Numbered from the stretch's first letter, positions 20,866 to 31,018 are shown. The stretch: 64,000 nucleotides of DNA from Bacillota bacterium (GCA_023228885.1 JALOAJ010000014.1:973-64972); one strand, 5' to 3'. Translations and numbers: made by a program. Notes: generated by a model not told the origin, from the letters alone.

Positions 20866-20919
20866 TTACGCCACTTCCCTTCTTGCGCCCCGATTATTAA
20901 CTTCTCTATATAATATTTC

Positions 20920-20948
20920 ATTATAACAGATGTATATAAAATTGACAA
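20920..20948 (-). promoter_or_regulatory. Candidate sigma-A promoter for metA
   Basis: Minus strand reads TTGTCA, a 17-nt spacer, then TATAAT. This leaves a leader of only about 48 nt. Confidence 0.45.
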
Positions 20949-20975
20949 GAATATAATAATATATTTTGGAAGGTA

Positions 20976-21710
20976 GTGATAAATTTGGACAACAATATTT
21001 CATCAGACAATGCAGAATGCAATAATGAGCAACAAACCGAAGAAGTAAAAGATAATGGCTTGGTGGAATCAAAAAACTCTGCTCATAAAATACAATACCT
21101 AACAATTATCGGACAAATTGAGGGGCACACCGTTTTGCCGCCTCAAACCAAAAGTACAAAATACGAGCATGTTATCCCCCAGCTTGTTAAAATTGAGGAC
21201 GACAACACAATAGCCGGGCTTTTAGTGCTGCTAAATACAGTAGGCGGGGATGTAGAGGCCGGGCTTGCAATTGCGGAAATGATATCGGGGATGTCAAAAC
21301 CAACAGTATCGCTTGTGCTGGGCGGCGGGCACAGCATCGGTGTTCCGCTTGCCGTAGCCGCGCGGCGCTCTTTTATTGCTCCCAGCGCAACAATGACAAT
21401 TCACCCAATACGCATGAGCGGAATTGTTATCGGTACCTCCCAAACCTATGATTATTTTAACAGGGTTCAAGACAGGGTGGTTGATTTTATCGTAAAAAAT
21501 TCTAAAATATCATCAAAAAAGTTTAATGAGCTTATTCGACAAACGGGCATTTTGGCAAACGATGTAGGCACAATTCTGTTCGGCGAGGAAGCGGTAAACC
21601 ACGGGATAATCGACGAGGTCGGCGGTATAAGCAAAGCGCTTTGCACGCTGCATGGCATAATTGAGGATGAGCAAAAAAATCAAAACAGCCTAAACAAAAA
21701 TCTATTATAA
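20976..21710 (+). CDS. tepA: ClpP-family protein TepA (translocation-enhancing protein)
   Basis: LTIIGQIEGH...YEHVIP.L and NT.GGDVEAGLAIAE.I....KPTVS.V.GGGHSIG match the TepA/YmfB pattern. It has a GTG start after GGAAGG. Confidence 0.78.
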   Translation: MINLDNNISSDNAECNNEQQTEEVKDNGLVESKNSAHKIQYLTIIGQIEGHTVLPPQTKSTKYEHVIPQLVKIEDDNTIAGLLVLLNTVGGDVEAGLAIAEMISGMSKPTVSLVLGGGHSIGVPLAVAARRSFIAPSATMTIHPIRMSGIVIGTSQTYDYFNRVQDRVVDFIVKNSKISSKKFNELIRQTGILANDVGTILFGEEAVNHGIIDEVGGISKALCTLHGIIEDEQKNQNSLNKNLL

Positions 21711-21767
21711 AATGCAAAGCATTGCAAAACCGCAATCAAAGCACAAATTTTATGTACGCCATAGCAA

Positions 21768-21806
21768 AATAAGGCATTCTTAAATTTTTAAAAAGAATGC
21801 CTTATA
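21768..21806. terminator. Bidirectional terminator hairpin between convergent tepA and the M16 peptidase
   Basis: AAGGCATTCTT - 11 nt loop - AAGAATGCCTT, an 11 bp perfect stem with A/T-rich flanks on both sides. Confidence 0.65.
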
Positions 21807-21810
21807 GCTT

Positions 21811-23088
21811 TTAATGTGGCAATATTACAGACATTGCGCAATTTTCTTCGTTAAAGTGGCTTTGTAACCGTTCTTTTGCCTCATTTAGCGTTATCCCTTC
21901 GCAAATTGAAGGAAAGTTGAATAGGTCAACACCTTTAAATAGGTTCGACACAAATAAGTTTGATATATTCTCAACAGAATTAAACAGCCTTAAAAAACGC
22001 CCTATCAGCACCTTTTTGCAACGCTCTAATTCAGCGTCGCATAAGCGGGAATTTTTAATTCCGTGCAAAATTATTTCTTTTGCTTTTTCGGGGTTTACGC
22101 TTTCGCCCCCCATAATCGTGTGCGAATACTGCACCTCAGAGGTAAAATCCACCTCAAACATATCGTTTATAAGCCCCTGCTCATAAAGGGCGTTATATAT
22201 CTTACTGCTTTTGCCGAAAAGCATTTCAAGCAGCACCTCGGTAACCGCTTGCCTATATAACAGCCCATCCCCCTGCGCCTCGTTTTTATCATCCTTAAAA
22301 CCAAGCAAAAACACAGGGGATGCGACACTTAGCTTTTGCTGTATAAAGCTTTTATTAACCCCGGAAGGCTCGTTGGGGTACATCCTTTTTATTTCACCGC
22401 CGGGCGCAGCGGTCACATGTTTATCAACATATTGCTCAACCGTTGCGGCATCGACATCGCCGCATACAAAAAGCATCATATTTGAAGGGTTGTAAAATGT
22501 GTTGTAGCATTTGTATAAAATGTCCTTATCTATTTCTAAAATGCTTTCCACAGTTCCTGCAATGTCTTTTCTCACCGGGTTTTTATGATACATAGCGCCT
22601 AAAAGGTTAAAAAACACCCGCCAATTGGCGTCATCGTCATACATGGTGATTTCTTGACCTATTATGCCCTGCTCTTTTGCAATGTTTTCATGCGTAAAAT
22701 ACGGTTTCCCAACAAAATCAAGCAAAATTTCAAGGTTAGCGTAAAAATCACGTGTTGCAGAAAAAATGTACGCCGTTGTGTTAAAGCTTGTAAAGGCATT
22801 AGCGGATGCGCCTGTTTTGCTGTACAGTTCAAAAACATTCCCGCCGTCTTGCTGTTCAAACAATTTATGTTCAAGAAAATGCGCAACGCCGTCCGGCACT
22901 TTTGTTACTTCCGTTTCGCCGGGGGCGATAAATTCGTTGTCAATAGAGCCTATTCGTGCCGCAAAGCTTGCATAGCTTTTGCTGTATCCTTTTTTCGGCA
23001 AAAGGTATATTTTCAGCCCGCTTTTATGGGTACCGCCGTACAAAACCTCGCCAAGTTGCTTACAGTCTATCTTTTCAAATTCAATCAT
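21811..23088 (-). CDS. M16-family zinc peptidase (active subunit, YmfH-like)
   Basis: Inverted zinc motif HFLEHKLFE (HxxEH) near the N-terminus. 425 aa, paired with a second M16 gene. Confidence 0.85.
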   Translation of the reverse strand: MIEFEKIDCKQLGEVLYGGTHKSGLKIYLLPKKGYSKSYASFAARIGSIDNEFIAPGETEVTKVPDGVAHFLEHKLFEQQDGGNVFELYSKTGASANAFTSFNTTAYIFSATRDFYANLEILLDFVGKPYFTHENIAKEQGIIGQEITMYDDDANWRVFFNLLGAMYHKNPVRKDIAGTVESILEIDKDILYKCYNTFYNPSNMMLFVCGDVDAATVEQYVDKHVTAAPGGEIKRMYPNEPSGVNKSFIQQKLSVASPVFLLGFKDDKNEAQGDGLLYRQAVTEVLLEMLFGKSSKIYNALYEQGLINDMFEVDFTSEVQYSHTIMGGESVNPEKAKEIILHGIKNSRLCDAELERCKKVLIGRFLRLFNSVENISNLFVSNLFKGVDLFNFPSICEGITLNEAKERLQSHFNEENCAMSVILPH

Positions 23089-23094
23089 GCCGCT

Positions 23095-24354
23095 TTAAGA
23101 TTCCTTCCCTTTTAAAAAATATACCGTGTCAAGCGCCACATTTCGTGACACCTCAACAACATCTTCGATGGTGACTTTGCCAAGCTGTGATGTAAGCTCA
23201 TCAAAATCAACCTGTGTATCGGCAATCAGCCTGCCCAGCCAATAGTCCTCCATTGCAATTGCGCTGTCTGTTATAGACTTTACGCTGTTTATCATTGCAA
23301 GAACAGCGGCGGACATTTCTTCATCGGTAACATTTCCCTTTTGGATTTCGCCAAGCTGCAACATTATTTCATCATACGCTTTTTGATAGTTGGCAACTTC
23401 TATGCCGGAATTTACCGTCATAATGCCTTTGAGCAAATCTGCCCTTGAGGATGCGTAATATGCAAGGGAAAGTTTTTCCCGCACATTGTTAAAAAGCTTT
23501 GATGATGGACCTCCGCCGTATAAAGCGTTAAATATAAGCAGCGCCGGATATTGCCGCTGCGGCGCATTTATACCGGTTGTAAAGCCAAGGCTTAGCTTGC
23601 CCTGTGCAATATTTTCCGTTTCAATAATTTTTTTAATTTCGCCCCCGCTTTTCGTCATTTGAAATTTCGGGCGGTCAAAGTCCATTTGATTTGTATATTC
23701 AAACATCTGCTTTATATGCTCTAACACCTTGTTTATGTCAACATCCCCGCATACAAAAACATCAACCGGGCTTTTTAGAACAATTTTTTTATAGTGCTCA
23801 TATAAGCTTTTTTCGTCTATTTTTTCTATATCTTCCGCAAAACCCAATTCCCGTATGCCATGCGGCTCGTTTTGACACATTATTTCAACACACCGAATGT
23901 TTGCATAGCTTCTTTTGTCATTGATAACCGACAAAATCAGCCGCCGCAAATTTTCCTTTTCCTGCTGCACTTGTTGTGCCGCAAAATGTGTTTGACCGGT
24001 TATGATTTCTTTGGCAAGACCAAAAATGCCGTCTAAAATAGACTGATTGGTTTTCACATAATTTTCGCTGATAAACTCAAAGTTAATGTGAATAACCTGT
24101 GAATCGCCCTTTTTGCGCACACCACAGCTTAAGCTTGCGCCATACAGCTCGTCAAGCCTTTTGTTAAGCTGCATTGTATCGGGGTATGACGGACACCCCC
24201 GCTTTAACGCATGCGAAAGCAGGGCGTTTATCGTTACCTCCCGCTTGCTTAGCGGGCGGTGGAAGTAAAACCCAAGTGTGGCTGTTTTAAATTTATCGGT
24301 GTTAATATGATGAAGGTTAACACCTTTTTTTATCTCGAAAGAATGTATGCTCAT
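23095..24354 (-). CDS. M16-family peptidase-like protein (non-catalytic partner, YmfF-like)
   Basis: M16 fold pattern with no HxxEH motif. 419 aa, with a 6-nt gap to the downstream M16 gene. Confidence 0.75.
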   Translation of the reverse strand: MSIHSFEIKKGVNLHHINTDKFKTATLGFYFHRPLSKREVTINALLSHALKRGCPSYPDTMQLNKRLDELYGASLSCGVRKKGDSQVIHINFEFISENYVKTNQSILDGIFGLAKEIITGQTHFAAQQVQQEKENLRRLILSVINDKRSYANIRCVEIMCQNEPHGIRELGFAEDIEKIDEKSLYEHYKKIVLKSPVDVFVCGDVDINKVLEHIKQMFEYTNQMDFDRPKFQMTKSGGEIKKIIETENIAQGKLSLGFTTGINAPQRQYPALLIFNALYGGGPSSKLFNNVREKLSLAYYASSRADLLKGIMTVNSGIEVANYQKAYDEIMLQLGEIQKGNVTDEEMSAAVLAMINSVKSITDSAIAMEDYWLGRLIADTQVDFDELTSQLGKVTIEDVVEVSRNVALDTVYFLKGKES

Positions 24355-24430
24355 TTTTTAAAACCCCGTTGCATTTATAATTTTTCAATACGAAACGATT
24401 TTAAAAGTGCCGTTGATGTTATTATTCCTG

Positions 24431-24925
24431 TTATTTCCGTTTTTTAATCTTTTTATTTTTTAAGTTTTTCATTCGATACAAATAAACAGCAATTTCAACA
24501 ATCAGCGACAACCCTATAAGTATAAAAAGCATCTCAATAAGCCTTTTTGTGTTTGCCAAATATTTTATAAAAGGCATGAACCTTGTTAAGTAATAAAAGA
24601 TTGGCTGCAATGCAACGCACCAAAAAAAGCCCGCAGCCGTAACAAAAAAATAAATTGCCGCAACTTTGTAGCCGTTTCTGCTTTGCTTCTTCCATAGCGC
24701 AATATACAATGCTCCAACCGCTGCCGACACGCCAAACAACGCCCATAAAATTTTTGGCATGGCGCTGCCCAAAGCGCCGCCATACCTGAATAAGCTTGCG
24801 TTATATATATACAGCAGCAGTATGGATGATGCTATTGCATACGCAAATTGCAACAAAAAATCATTTGCAATTTTTTCGCTTTGCGTTACTTTATACTTTC
24901 TGTTGACGGATGCTTTTTTGTTCAT
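24431..24925 (-). CDS. Hypothetical integral membrane protein
   Basis: 164 aa with about 4 TM segments and a Lys-rich C-terminus. I recognise no family. Confidence 0.5.
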   Translation of the reverse strand: MNKKASVNRKYKVTQSEKIANDFLLQFAYAIASSILLLYIYNASLFRYGGALGSAMPKILWALFGVSAAVGALYIALWKKQSRNGYKVAAIYFFVTAAGFFWCVALQPIFYYLTRFMPFIKYLANTKRLIEMLFILIGLSLIVEIAVYLYRMKNLKNKKIKKRK

Positions 24926-24939
24926 CTTTTTACCTCTCC

Positions 24940-25659
24940 TTATATCTGTCTTTGTGAATACATTATTATAGGAATTACCGCCGCCGCCGCCGTTTCGGTG
25001 CGCAAAATGCGTTTGCCCAAGGTTACCGTTTGAATTCCATTATCCCGTGCAAGGGCTGCTTCTTCCGGCTCAAACCCGCCTTCCGGACCGATTATCAACG
25101 ACACCTCCGAAACGGTGTTATCTTCCAAAACATCACGCAAACTTGTGTTTTCTTCCTTTTCATACGGCATTATTGCCAACTGGGTTTTAGCCGCCCGCTC
25201 AACAGCTTTGGGAAAAGAAATTACATCTCCAATTATCGGAATAACCCCCCTACCGCTTTGCTTTGCCGCTTCCTTGGCAACCTTTTGCCATCGCGCAAGC
25301 TTATCGGCAGGTTTTTGAACACATCTTTTTGAATAAACGGGGACTATCCCAAAAACCCCAAGCTCGGTACATTTTTGAATTATATATTCCATTTTGCCTT
25401 GTTTGGCAAGCGATTGGAATAGCACAATTTTAATATCCGGCTCGGCAAGGCATTTCTTTTTATTTAACAGCTTTGCTTTTACTTCCGTTTTTGATATGTC
25501 AACAACCACGCCATCGTAATCGTGCCCCTCACCGTCGCAAACAGTAAGCCCGTCGCCGTTTGCCATTCGCAACACGCTTGAAATATGCTTGACATCATCG
25601 CCCGAAATAACGGCGATATCATTTTTAATATAATCGCGCGAAACAAAAAATCTTGCCAT
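24940..25659 (-). CDS. rsmE: 16S rRNA (uracil1498-N3)-methyltransferase RsmE
   Basis: MARFFV start typical of RsmE, and the C-terminal SPOUT knot (IGPEGGF..EE, LG.RILR.ETA). ATG at 25659. The longer ORF-track start at 25779 adds a hydrophobic, non-conserved extension. Confidence 0.85.
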   Translation of the reverse strand: MARFFVSRDYIKNDIAVISGDDVKHISSVLRMANGDGLTVCDGEGHDYDGVVVDISKTEVKAKLLNKKKCLAEPDIKIVLFQSLAKQGKMEYIIQKCTELGVFGIVPVYSKRCVQKPADKLARWQKVAKEAAKQSGRGVIPIIGDVISFPKAVERAAKTQLAIMPYEKEENTSLRDVLEDNTVSEVSLIIGPEGGFEPEEAALARDNGIQTVTLGKRILRTETAAAAVIPIIMYSQRQI

Positions 25660-25807
25660 AAAAGCAAAAACCCCAATGCTAAATGTTTTGGAATATTCGA
25701 GGGCATAATGCAAAAACCAACAAATGCCTACGCAAAACATTATAACATTGGTCTGCAAAAAAAACAAGCATTTGAACAAAAAAATGCCTCTTTTGTTAAT
25801 AACTGCG

Positions 25808-26785
25808 CTAAGCCTTCTTTATCCGCTCTTTTTCCAGCGCTTCTATTATTTCTTCGCCCACACCTTTTATAATGCCGCAAGCGGGCACGGCAAAAAGCAT
25901 ACCCGCAAATCCAAACAAATGACCGCCCACAATAACCGCCATAATCACAATAACAGGGTGGATACGAATGTAGCCTCCAAGAATTTTCGGGGTGATATAC
26001 ACACTTTCAAGTTGTTGCACAACAGTAAATATCGCCGCTGTCCATATTGCCTTTTGGGTAGAGTGAGCCGCGGCGGTAATTACTGCGGGAATTGCCCCCA
26101 CGAACCCGCCGAAATATGGTATAACCTCAAGAACCCCTGCAAAAACCGCAAGCAAAAAAGCGTGCCTCACATTCAAAATCATTAAAGCGCAAAATAATAA
26201 TATGCCAATGACAAGAGATACCCCAAACAAACCTTTTGCATACCGCTTAATTATCCTGTCAACTTTTACCGCTATGTTTACGGTAAATCCCCGCCAAGCC
26301 TTTGGTATAAGCAATAGCATTGAGTTTTTGATTTTTTCTTTATCCAAAATTATATAAAAGCTGAGCACAAGCCCAACAATAACATTGATAATAACGCCTA
26401 ATGTTGAAACAAGCGCGGTTATCAGCTTACCCGCGTAGCCCAAAATCGTATCCTGAAGTTGTGCAACCACGCCTTCAAGGTCAATAAACGGAACTTCCAC
26501 ATTCGATGAGTATTCGGCGATTGTTTTTTGCAGCGATAAAACCGCCGCTGTCATGCGAGGAATTCCAAGTAAAAATATTAAAAAAATTGCTGCCGCCGCA
26601 GCAATATACACAACTATTAATGCAAAACACCTGCCAAGCCCTTTTCTTTCAAGCGCCGAAATTACAGGTGATATTATATATGCAAACACCACGCCCAAAA
26701 AAAGCGGCGCTAAAGCCGCTCGTGCAAAATAAAAAAAGATTACCGCCAAAAGACCTACCGCCAAAAGTAAAGTTTTTCTTTTCAT
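25808..26785 (-). CDS. AI-2E family transporter (PerM/YtvI-like)
   Basis: 325 aa with about 8 TM segments and the conserved IPYFG....IP and HP..V......G...G..G...A.P pattern. Confidence 0.82.
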   Translation of the reverse strand: MKRKTLLLAVGLLAVIFFYFARAALAPLFLGVVFAYIISPVISALERKGLGRCFALIVVYIAAAAAIFLIFLLGIPRMTAAVLSLQKTIAEYSSNVEVPFIDLEGVVAQLQDTILGYAGKLITALVSTLGVIINVIVGLVLSFYIILDKEKIKNSMLLLIPKAWRGFTVNIAVKVDRIIKRYAKGLFGVSLVIGILLFCALMILNVRHAFLLAVFAGVLEVIPYFGGFVGAIPAVITAAAHSTQKAIWTAAIFTVVQQLESVYITPKILGGYIRIHPVIVIMAVIVGGHLFGFAGMLFAVPACGIIKGVGEEIIEALEKERIKKA

Positions 26786-26864
26786 AACAACTCCTTTTCA
26801 CATTATGTAAACGGCGCAAAGCGCCGTTGCTTACGCTGTTTACATTGGTTGGCTGCAGACGGTA

Positions 26865-27041
26865 TTACTTCATTGCATCTATCATATTGTCTGCAATAGA
26901 ACCTATCGTAGTGAACATTTTTGAAGTTCTTTTTACAATACGGCGGCGGTCACGCTCATCCATTGGATTTGCAACCATCGACAACCCCATTCCGATAACC
27001 GCACCGGTAACCATTCCTTTTACAAATGTGCCTGTATTCAT
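26865..27041 (-). CDS. Small hypothetical protein (58 aa), below the ORF-track length cutoff
   Basis: ATG at 27041 is preceded by AAAGGGGGGTG. It encodes MNTGTFVKGMVTGAVIGMGLSMVANPMDERDRRRIVKRTSKMFTTIGSIADNMIDAMK, with a Gly-rich hydrophobic segment. A hairpin AACGGCGC-AAA-GCGCCGTT at 26811-26829 follows. Confidence 0.45.
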   Translation of the reverse strand: MNTGTFVKGMVTGAVIGMGLSMVANPMDERDRRRIVKRTSKMFTTIGSIADNMIDAMK

Positions 27042-27081
27042 TTACACACCCCCCTTTTTACTTTCTTCACTGCATGGAAGT

Positions 27082-27573
27082 TTACACATCATTATTATTT
27101 CGCACTTCAATATTATTATTACCAAAAACGGTGTCGTTATGAACAATATGTTTTCTACCCTTTAATAAATCCTCCGAAAATCCGTCTGACACCTCAAAAT
27201 ACACCAGTTCACCAAACTCCGCCCTGTAAAGCAAATCGCTTACATTCCCTATCCTTCTTCCATTCCTTGCTATCTCCATCCCTTTAATTTGGCGCATATA
27301 GCTTGCATATGCATTGTCCTTTTTAATTTGAGCAAGGGAAGAAAGCGCCGATGAATCCTTGACAAAAAGTTTTCGCTCCGATATTTTGATTATTTTTTCT
27401 ATACTCAAAAAACGCTGAAGCTGTATTAATCTTCCCACAGCAACAGCATAGCCCGCAACCTTCATATTTTTACGGTTAAAAATAATATCAGTTATTGTGC
27501 CGATTATAATTTTATCCTTTTGACTTATAACCGGCATATCAATCAGCTTGCTTATTTTTTTATAATCATACAT
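27082..27573 (-). CDS. PRC-barrel domain protein (two PRC-like repeats)
   Basis: The pattern L..MPVIS..D..IG.I.D...N.....V.GY.V is repeated in the C-terminal half (G..I....G..IG.V.D). It resembles the YlmC/YmxH-type PRC barrel. Confidence 0.5.
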   Translation of the reverse strand: MYDYKKISKLIDMPVISQKDKIIIGTITDIIFNRKNMKVAGYAVAVGRLIQLQRFLSIEKIIKISERKLFVKDSSALSSLAQIKKDNAYASYMRQIKGMEIARNGRRIGNVSDLLYRAEFGELVYFEVSDGFSEDLLKGRKHIVHNDTVFGNNNIEVRNNNDV

Positions 27574-27755
27574 AGCGCTGTTAGTATTTGCATTTTTAAC
27601 AATATTATTAAAAACAAATAAAGCAAGACGAGAGTAATTTCCCGCTTTGCCTTATACCCTGCGATGGGGTCCACCGCAGGGGGTATATTTAAGAGCAGTT
27701 TTTTGCAGGTTAAATCAAGAATGTAAATAGGACAATTTAGACCAATTTTTCAAAA

Positions 27756-28880
27756 CTACTTCCCCCAAACCACTCTATTTACATAATCGGTGTAGGAAAG
27801 TATTATTCGCAAAACCTTATCCGACACATTTGGCATGCTATAATCCCCCACCTGCCGCAATGCACCGCTCTTTTGCGTTTCCAGCACGGTAAGCCCTTGT
27901 AGAATCCTTGTTTTCTCTAACCCAACCATCATAACTGCCGCTTCTTCCACTGCTTCGGGTCGTTCATGGGCTTGTCTTATATTAAGCGCCCTAAAGCCAA
28001 GAATAGATGATTCCTCGCTAATTGTGCCGCTGTCGCTTAGTACCGCTTTTGAATTGATTTGCAGCTTGTTGTAATCTATAAATCCAAGGGGCTTTAATGT
28101 TTGGATTAGAGGGTTTAGCACAATGCCCTTTTCGTTTATCATCTTTTTTGTCCGTGGATGGGTGCTTATTATCACCGGCAAATTATACTTTTCTGCAATA
28201 GTATTTAAGCTGTCAATGAGGTTGCTAAAATTTATTTTAGAATTAATATTTTCTTCCCTATGGGCAGATATCACAAAATACTTGCCTTCTTCAAGCCCTA
28301 ATCTTTTTAAAACATCTGATTTTTCAATGTCGTCTTTTCTGGAACTAAGAACCTCAAACATTGGGCTTCCTGTTTTTATAACCCTATCTGCCGACAATCC
28401 TTCGCTTATTAAATATTCCCGCGCTATATCGCTGTATGTTAAGTTAATATCTGCTATATGGTCAACAATTTTTCTGTTTGTTTCTTCCGGCACCCGTTGG
28501 TCAAAGCACCTGTTGCCTGCCTCCATGTGAAAAATTGGTATGTGCCTTCGTTTTGCCGCAATAGCGCAAAGACAACTGTTGGTATCCCCCAACACTAAAA
28601 ACGCATCCGGCTTCATTTCATCAAGAATTGGGTCGATTTTAATTAAGATGTTCCCTATTGTTTCCACAGCAGTGCCTATAGCGGCATTTAAAAAGTAATC
28701 AGGCTTTTTAAGTTTGAAATCTTGAAAAAACACTTCATTTAGCTCATAATCATAATTTTGACCTGTATGAACTAATGCATGCTCTATCGCTTTGGATTCC
28801 TCTAATTTATTAATAACAGCCGAAAGCCTGATAATTTCAGGCCTTGTTCCTACAACCGTCATAACTTTTAATTTTTTCAT
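27756..28880 (-). CDS. fnlC: UDP-N-acetylglucosamine 2-epimerase, FnlC/CapG type (non-hydrolysing)
   Basis: VVGTRPEIIRLS, HTGQNYD.ELN..FF and LGDTNS motifs. It is the third gene of a capE-capF-capG-like trio. Confidence 0.85.
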   Translation of the reverse strand: MKKLKVMTVVGTRPEIIRLSAVINKLEESKAIEHALVHTGQNYDYELNEVFFQDFKLKKPDYFLNAAIGTAVETIGNILIKIDPILDEMKPDAFLVLGDTNSCLCAIAAKRRHIPIFHMEAGNRCFDQRVPEETNRKIVDHIADINLTYSDIAREYLISEGLSADRVIKTGSPMFEVLSSRKDDIEKSDVLKRLGLEEGKYFVISAHREENINSKINFSNLIDSLNTIAEKYNLPVIISTHPRTKKMINEKGIVLNPLIQTLKPLGFIDYNKLQINSKAVLSDSGTISEESSILGFRALNIRQAHERPEAVEEAAVMMVGLEKTRILQGLTVLETQKSGALRQVGDYSMPNVSDKVLRIILSYTDYVNRVVWGK

Positions 28881-28883
28881 GGT

Positions 28884-29993
28884 TTATACCTCCAAATAAT
28901 GTGTATCTGGTTTTTCCGGGTCAAAAGACTCATTTGCCCACATGATAGTCACCATATCAACATCACCAAGGTTTTCAATGTTGTGGGTATATCCAACAGG
29001 TATGTCTACAACTTCCAGTTTGTCCCCGCTGACAAAGTATTCCAAAACCTTGTCAGATTCGACCTGCCTAAACCGTATAACCCCTTTACCGCTCACCACC
29101 AAAAACTTTTCGCACTTTGTATGATGCCAGTGATTGCCTTTCGTAATTCCCGGCTTGGATATATTCACAGAAACTTGCCCTCTATCCGGAGTTTTTATAA
29201 ATTCCGTAAACGAACCTCTGTTATCGGCATTCATTTTTAGTGCATAGCTAAATTTGCTTTCAGGCAAGTGGCTTAAATATGTGCTATACAGCTTTTTAGT
29301 AAAGTTATCTGACATATCAGGGACAGAGCATTCTTCCCGACTTTTTTTAAAAGAGTAGATTAAATTTGCAATTTCCCCAAGAGTAACCTTATAAGAAACC
29401 GAAACTTCACAAAAATCGCCTTTTTTATTTTCCCTTCCTTCAAGGGCATGAATTAATTCGGCTACAACATCATCTATATAAACAAGATTTAGCATGGCAT
29501 TTGGGTCGTTTACCGTTATGGGTAAGTTATGCGCTATATTGTGGCAAAATGTGGCAACAGCACTGTTATAATTAGGCTTACACCACTTTCCAAATATATT
29601 TGGAAAGCGGTATATCAACACTTTTGCACCTGTTTGTTTTCCGTGCTCTAAAACCAACTCTTCCCCCGCCTTTTTGCTTTTACCGTATGGATTATCAAGC
29701 GCTGCTTGAATTGAGGAAGATGCTGCAATAGGACATACATTATTATGTTTCTTTAATAGGGTAAGGAGCTTTTCGGTAAAACCAAAATTGCCCTTCATAA
29801 ATTCCGATTCCTCTTTAGGTCGATTTACTCCTGCAAGGTGAATAACGAAATCCGCTTCTTTACAATACCCATCAAGCAAAGCAGGGTTAGTATCCTTGTC
29901 AAATTCAAATATGCCAGCATACCCTCTGTTTTTAAGTTCTGCAATTAAATTTTTACCGATAAACCCTTTAGCGCCAGTTATAAGAACCTTCAA
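28884..29993 (-). CDS. fnlB: CapF/FnlB-type bifunctional reductase/epimerase (SDR domain + C-terminal cupin)
   Basis: N-terminal Rossmann motif ITGAKGFIGKNL and a C-terminal cupin (GNHWHHTK.EKF.V..G). 369 aa, located between capE-like and capG-like genes. Confidence 0.85.
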   Translation of the reverse strand: MKVLITGAKGFIGKNLIAELKNRGYAGIFEFDKDTNPALLDGYCKEADFVIHLAGVNRPKEESEFMKGNFGFTEKLLTLLKKHNNVCPIAASSSIQAALDNPYGKSKKAGEELVLEHGKQTGAKVLIYRFPNIFGKWCKPNYNSAVATFCHNIAHNLPITVNDPNAMLNLVYIDDVVAELIHALEGRENKKGDFCEVSVSYKVTLGEIANLIYSFKKSREECSVPDMSDNFTKKLYSTYLSHLPESKFSYALKMNADNRGSFTEFIKTPDRGQVSVNISKPGITKGNHWHHTKCEKFLVVSGKGVIRFRQVESDKVLEYFVSGDKLEVVDIPVGYTHNIENLGDVDMVTIMWANESFDPEKPDTHYLEV

Positions 29994-31018
29994 CCGTTAT
30001 TACACCCCTTTAACTGCTGCTTTATGTAATCAAGCGACAGTAGTTTTTCTTTTATTTGCGCAACATTTAAAAGCTGTGTATTATTCGAATTAAACTCTTC
30101 AAGTTGTTCGTGCGCAACTCTACCTTCTATAAAATATTTATCATAGTTTAAATCCCTTTTATCGGCAGGGACACGGTAAAAAGCGCCTAAATCAACAGCG
30201 TGGGCGCTTTCTTCATTGGTGAGCAATGTTTCATACATTTTTTCGCCATGCCTTATACCAATGTTTTTAACCTCACTTTTCGTGTCAAAGAGTTCTATAA
30301 TTGCTTGCGCCAAATTTTCAATTGTGCAAGCGGGTGCTTTTTGCACCATTATATCACCGCTTTCGGCATTTTTAAAAGCAAACAAAACAAGTTCAACCGC
30401 TTCTTCAAGGCTCATAATAAAACGGGTCATGGACGGCTCTGTAATGGTAAGCGCCTGCCCGCTTTTAATTTGTTCAACAAAAAGTGGAATTACGCTTCCC
30501 CTTGAGCACATAACATTCCCATAACGAGTGCAACAAATCAATGTTTTTTCTGGAGATACCGTTCGCGACTTTGCCACAACAACTTTCTCCATCATAGCTT
30601 TGCTTGTTCCCATTGCGTTTACAGGGTAAGCCGCCTTGTCCGTGGAAAGACAGATAACTTTATTAACGCTATGAGAAATTGCGGCATCAAGCACATTATT
30701 TGTACCCAAAATATTAGTTTCTACGGCTTGCATGGGAAAAAACTCACAAGAAGGCACTTGCTTTAATGCAGCTGCGTGGAATACATAGTCTATCCCATAC
30801 ATAGCGTCTTTTATACTGCGCAAATTTCGCACATCACCTATGTAAAATTTAATTTTATCGCTTTTATAGCGTTTTCGCATATCGTCCTGCTTTTTCTCAT
30901 CCCGAGAAAAAATACGAATTTCAGCAATGTCCGTGTTTAGAAAACGATTAAGCACAGCATGCCCGAAGGAACCTGTGCCACCCGTGATAAGTAAAGTTTT
31001 ATTTTTGAACATTATCAA
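29990..31018 (-). CDS. fnlA: UDP-GlcNAc 4,6-dehydratase/5-epimerase, CapE/FnlA type
   Basis: LLITGGTGSFG, RIFSRDEKKQ, AAALKQVP and TDKA..P.N.MG.SK motifs of the CapE/WbjB/FnlA family. 342 aa. Confidence 0.9.
   Translation of the reverse strand: MIMFKNKTLLITGGTGSFGHAVLNRFLNTDIAEIRIFSRDEKKQDDMRKRYKSDKIKFYIGDVRNLRSIKDAMYGIDYVFHAAALKQVPSCEFFPMQAVETNILGTNNVLDAAISHSVNKVICLSTDKAAYPVNAMGTSKAMMEKVVVAKSRTVSPEKTLICCTRYGNVMCSRGSVIPLFVEQIKSGQALTITEPSMTRFIMSLEEAVELVLFAFKNAESGDIMVQKAPACTIENLAQAIIELFDTKSEVKNIGIRHGEKMYETLLTNEESAHAVDLGAFYRVPADKRDLNYDKYFIEGRVAHEQLEEFNSNNTQLLNVAQIKEKLLSLDYIKQQLKGCNNG

Noticed and set aside
20866-20975. I looked for an S-box (SAM-I) riboswitch or T-box upstream of metA
   Set aside because: The whole intergenic region is about 110 nt with a promoter about 48 nt from the ATG. 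That is too short, and it lacks the conserved S-box cores.
25660-25779. Extended start for rsmE (ORF track 279 aa)
   Set aside because: The extra 40 residues are hydrophobic and unlike RsmE. The canonical MARFFV start at 25659 matches the family.
26827-27165. 112-aa plus-strand ORF
   Set aside because: It has no RBS, its composition is odd, and it overlaps the PRC-barrel gene and a better-supported small minus-strand ORF.
27650-27690. Hairpin ATACCC(CC)TGCG...CGCAGGGTAT downstream of fnlC, checked as a possible direct repeat of the tRNA-Arg 3' end (island att site)
   Set aside because: It does not match the tRNA-Arg 3' sequence and has no U-run. At most it is a weak operon-end structure.
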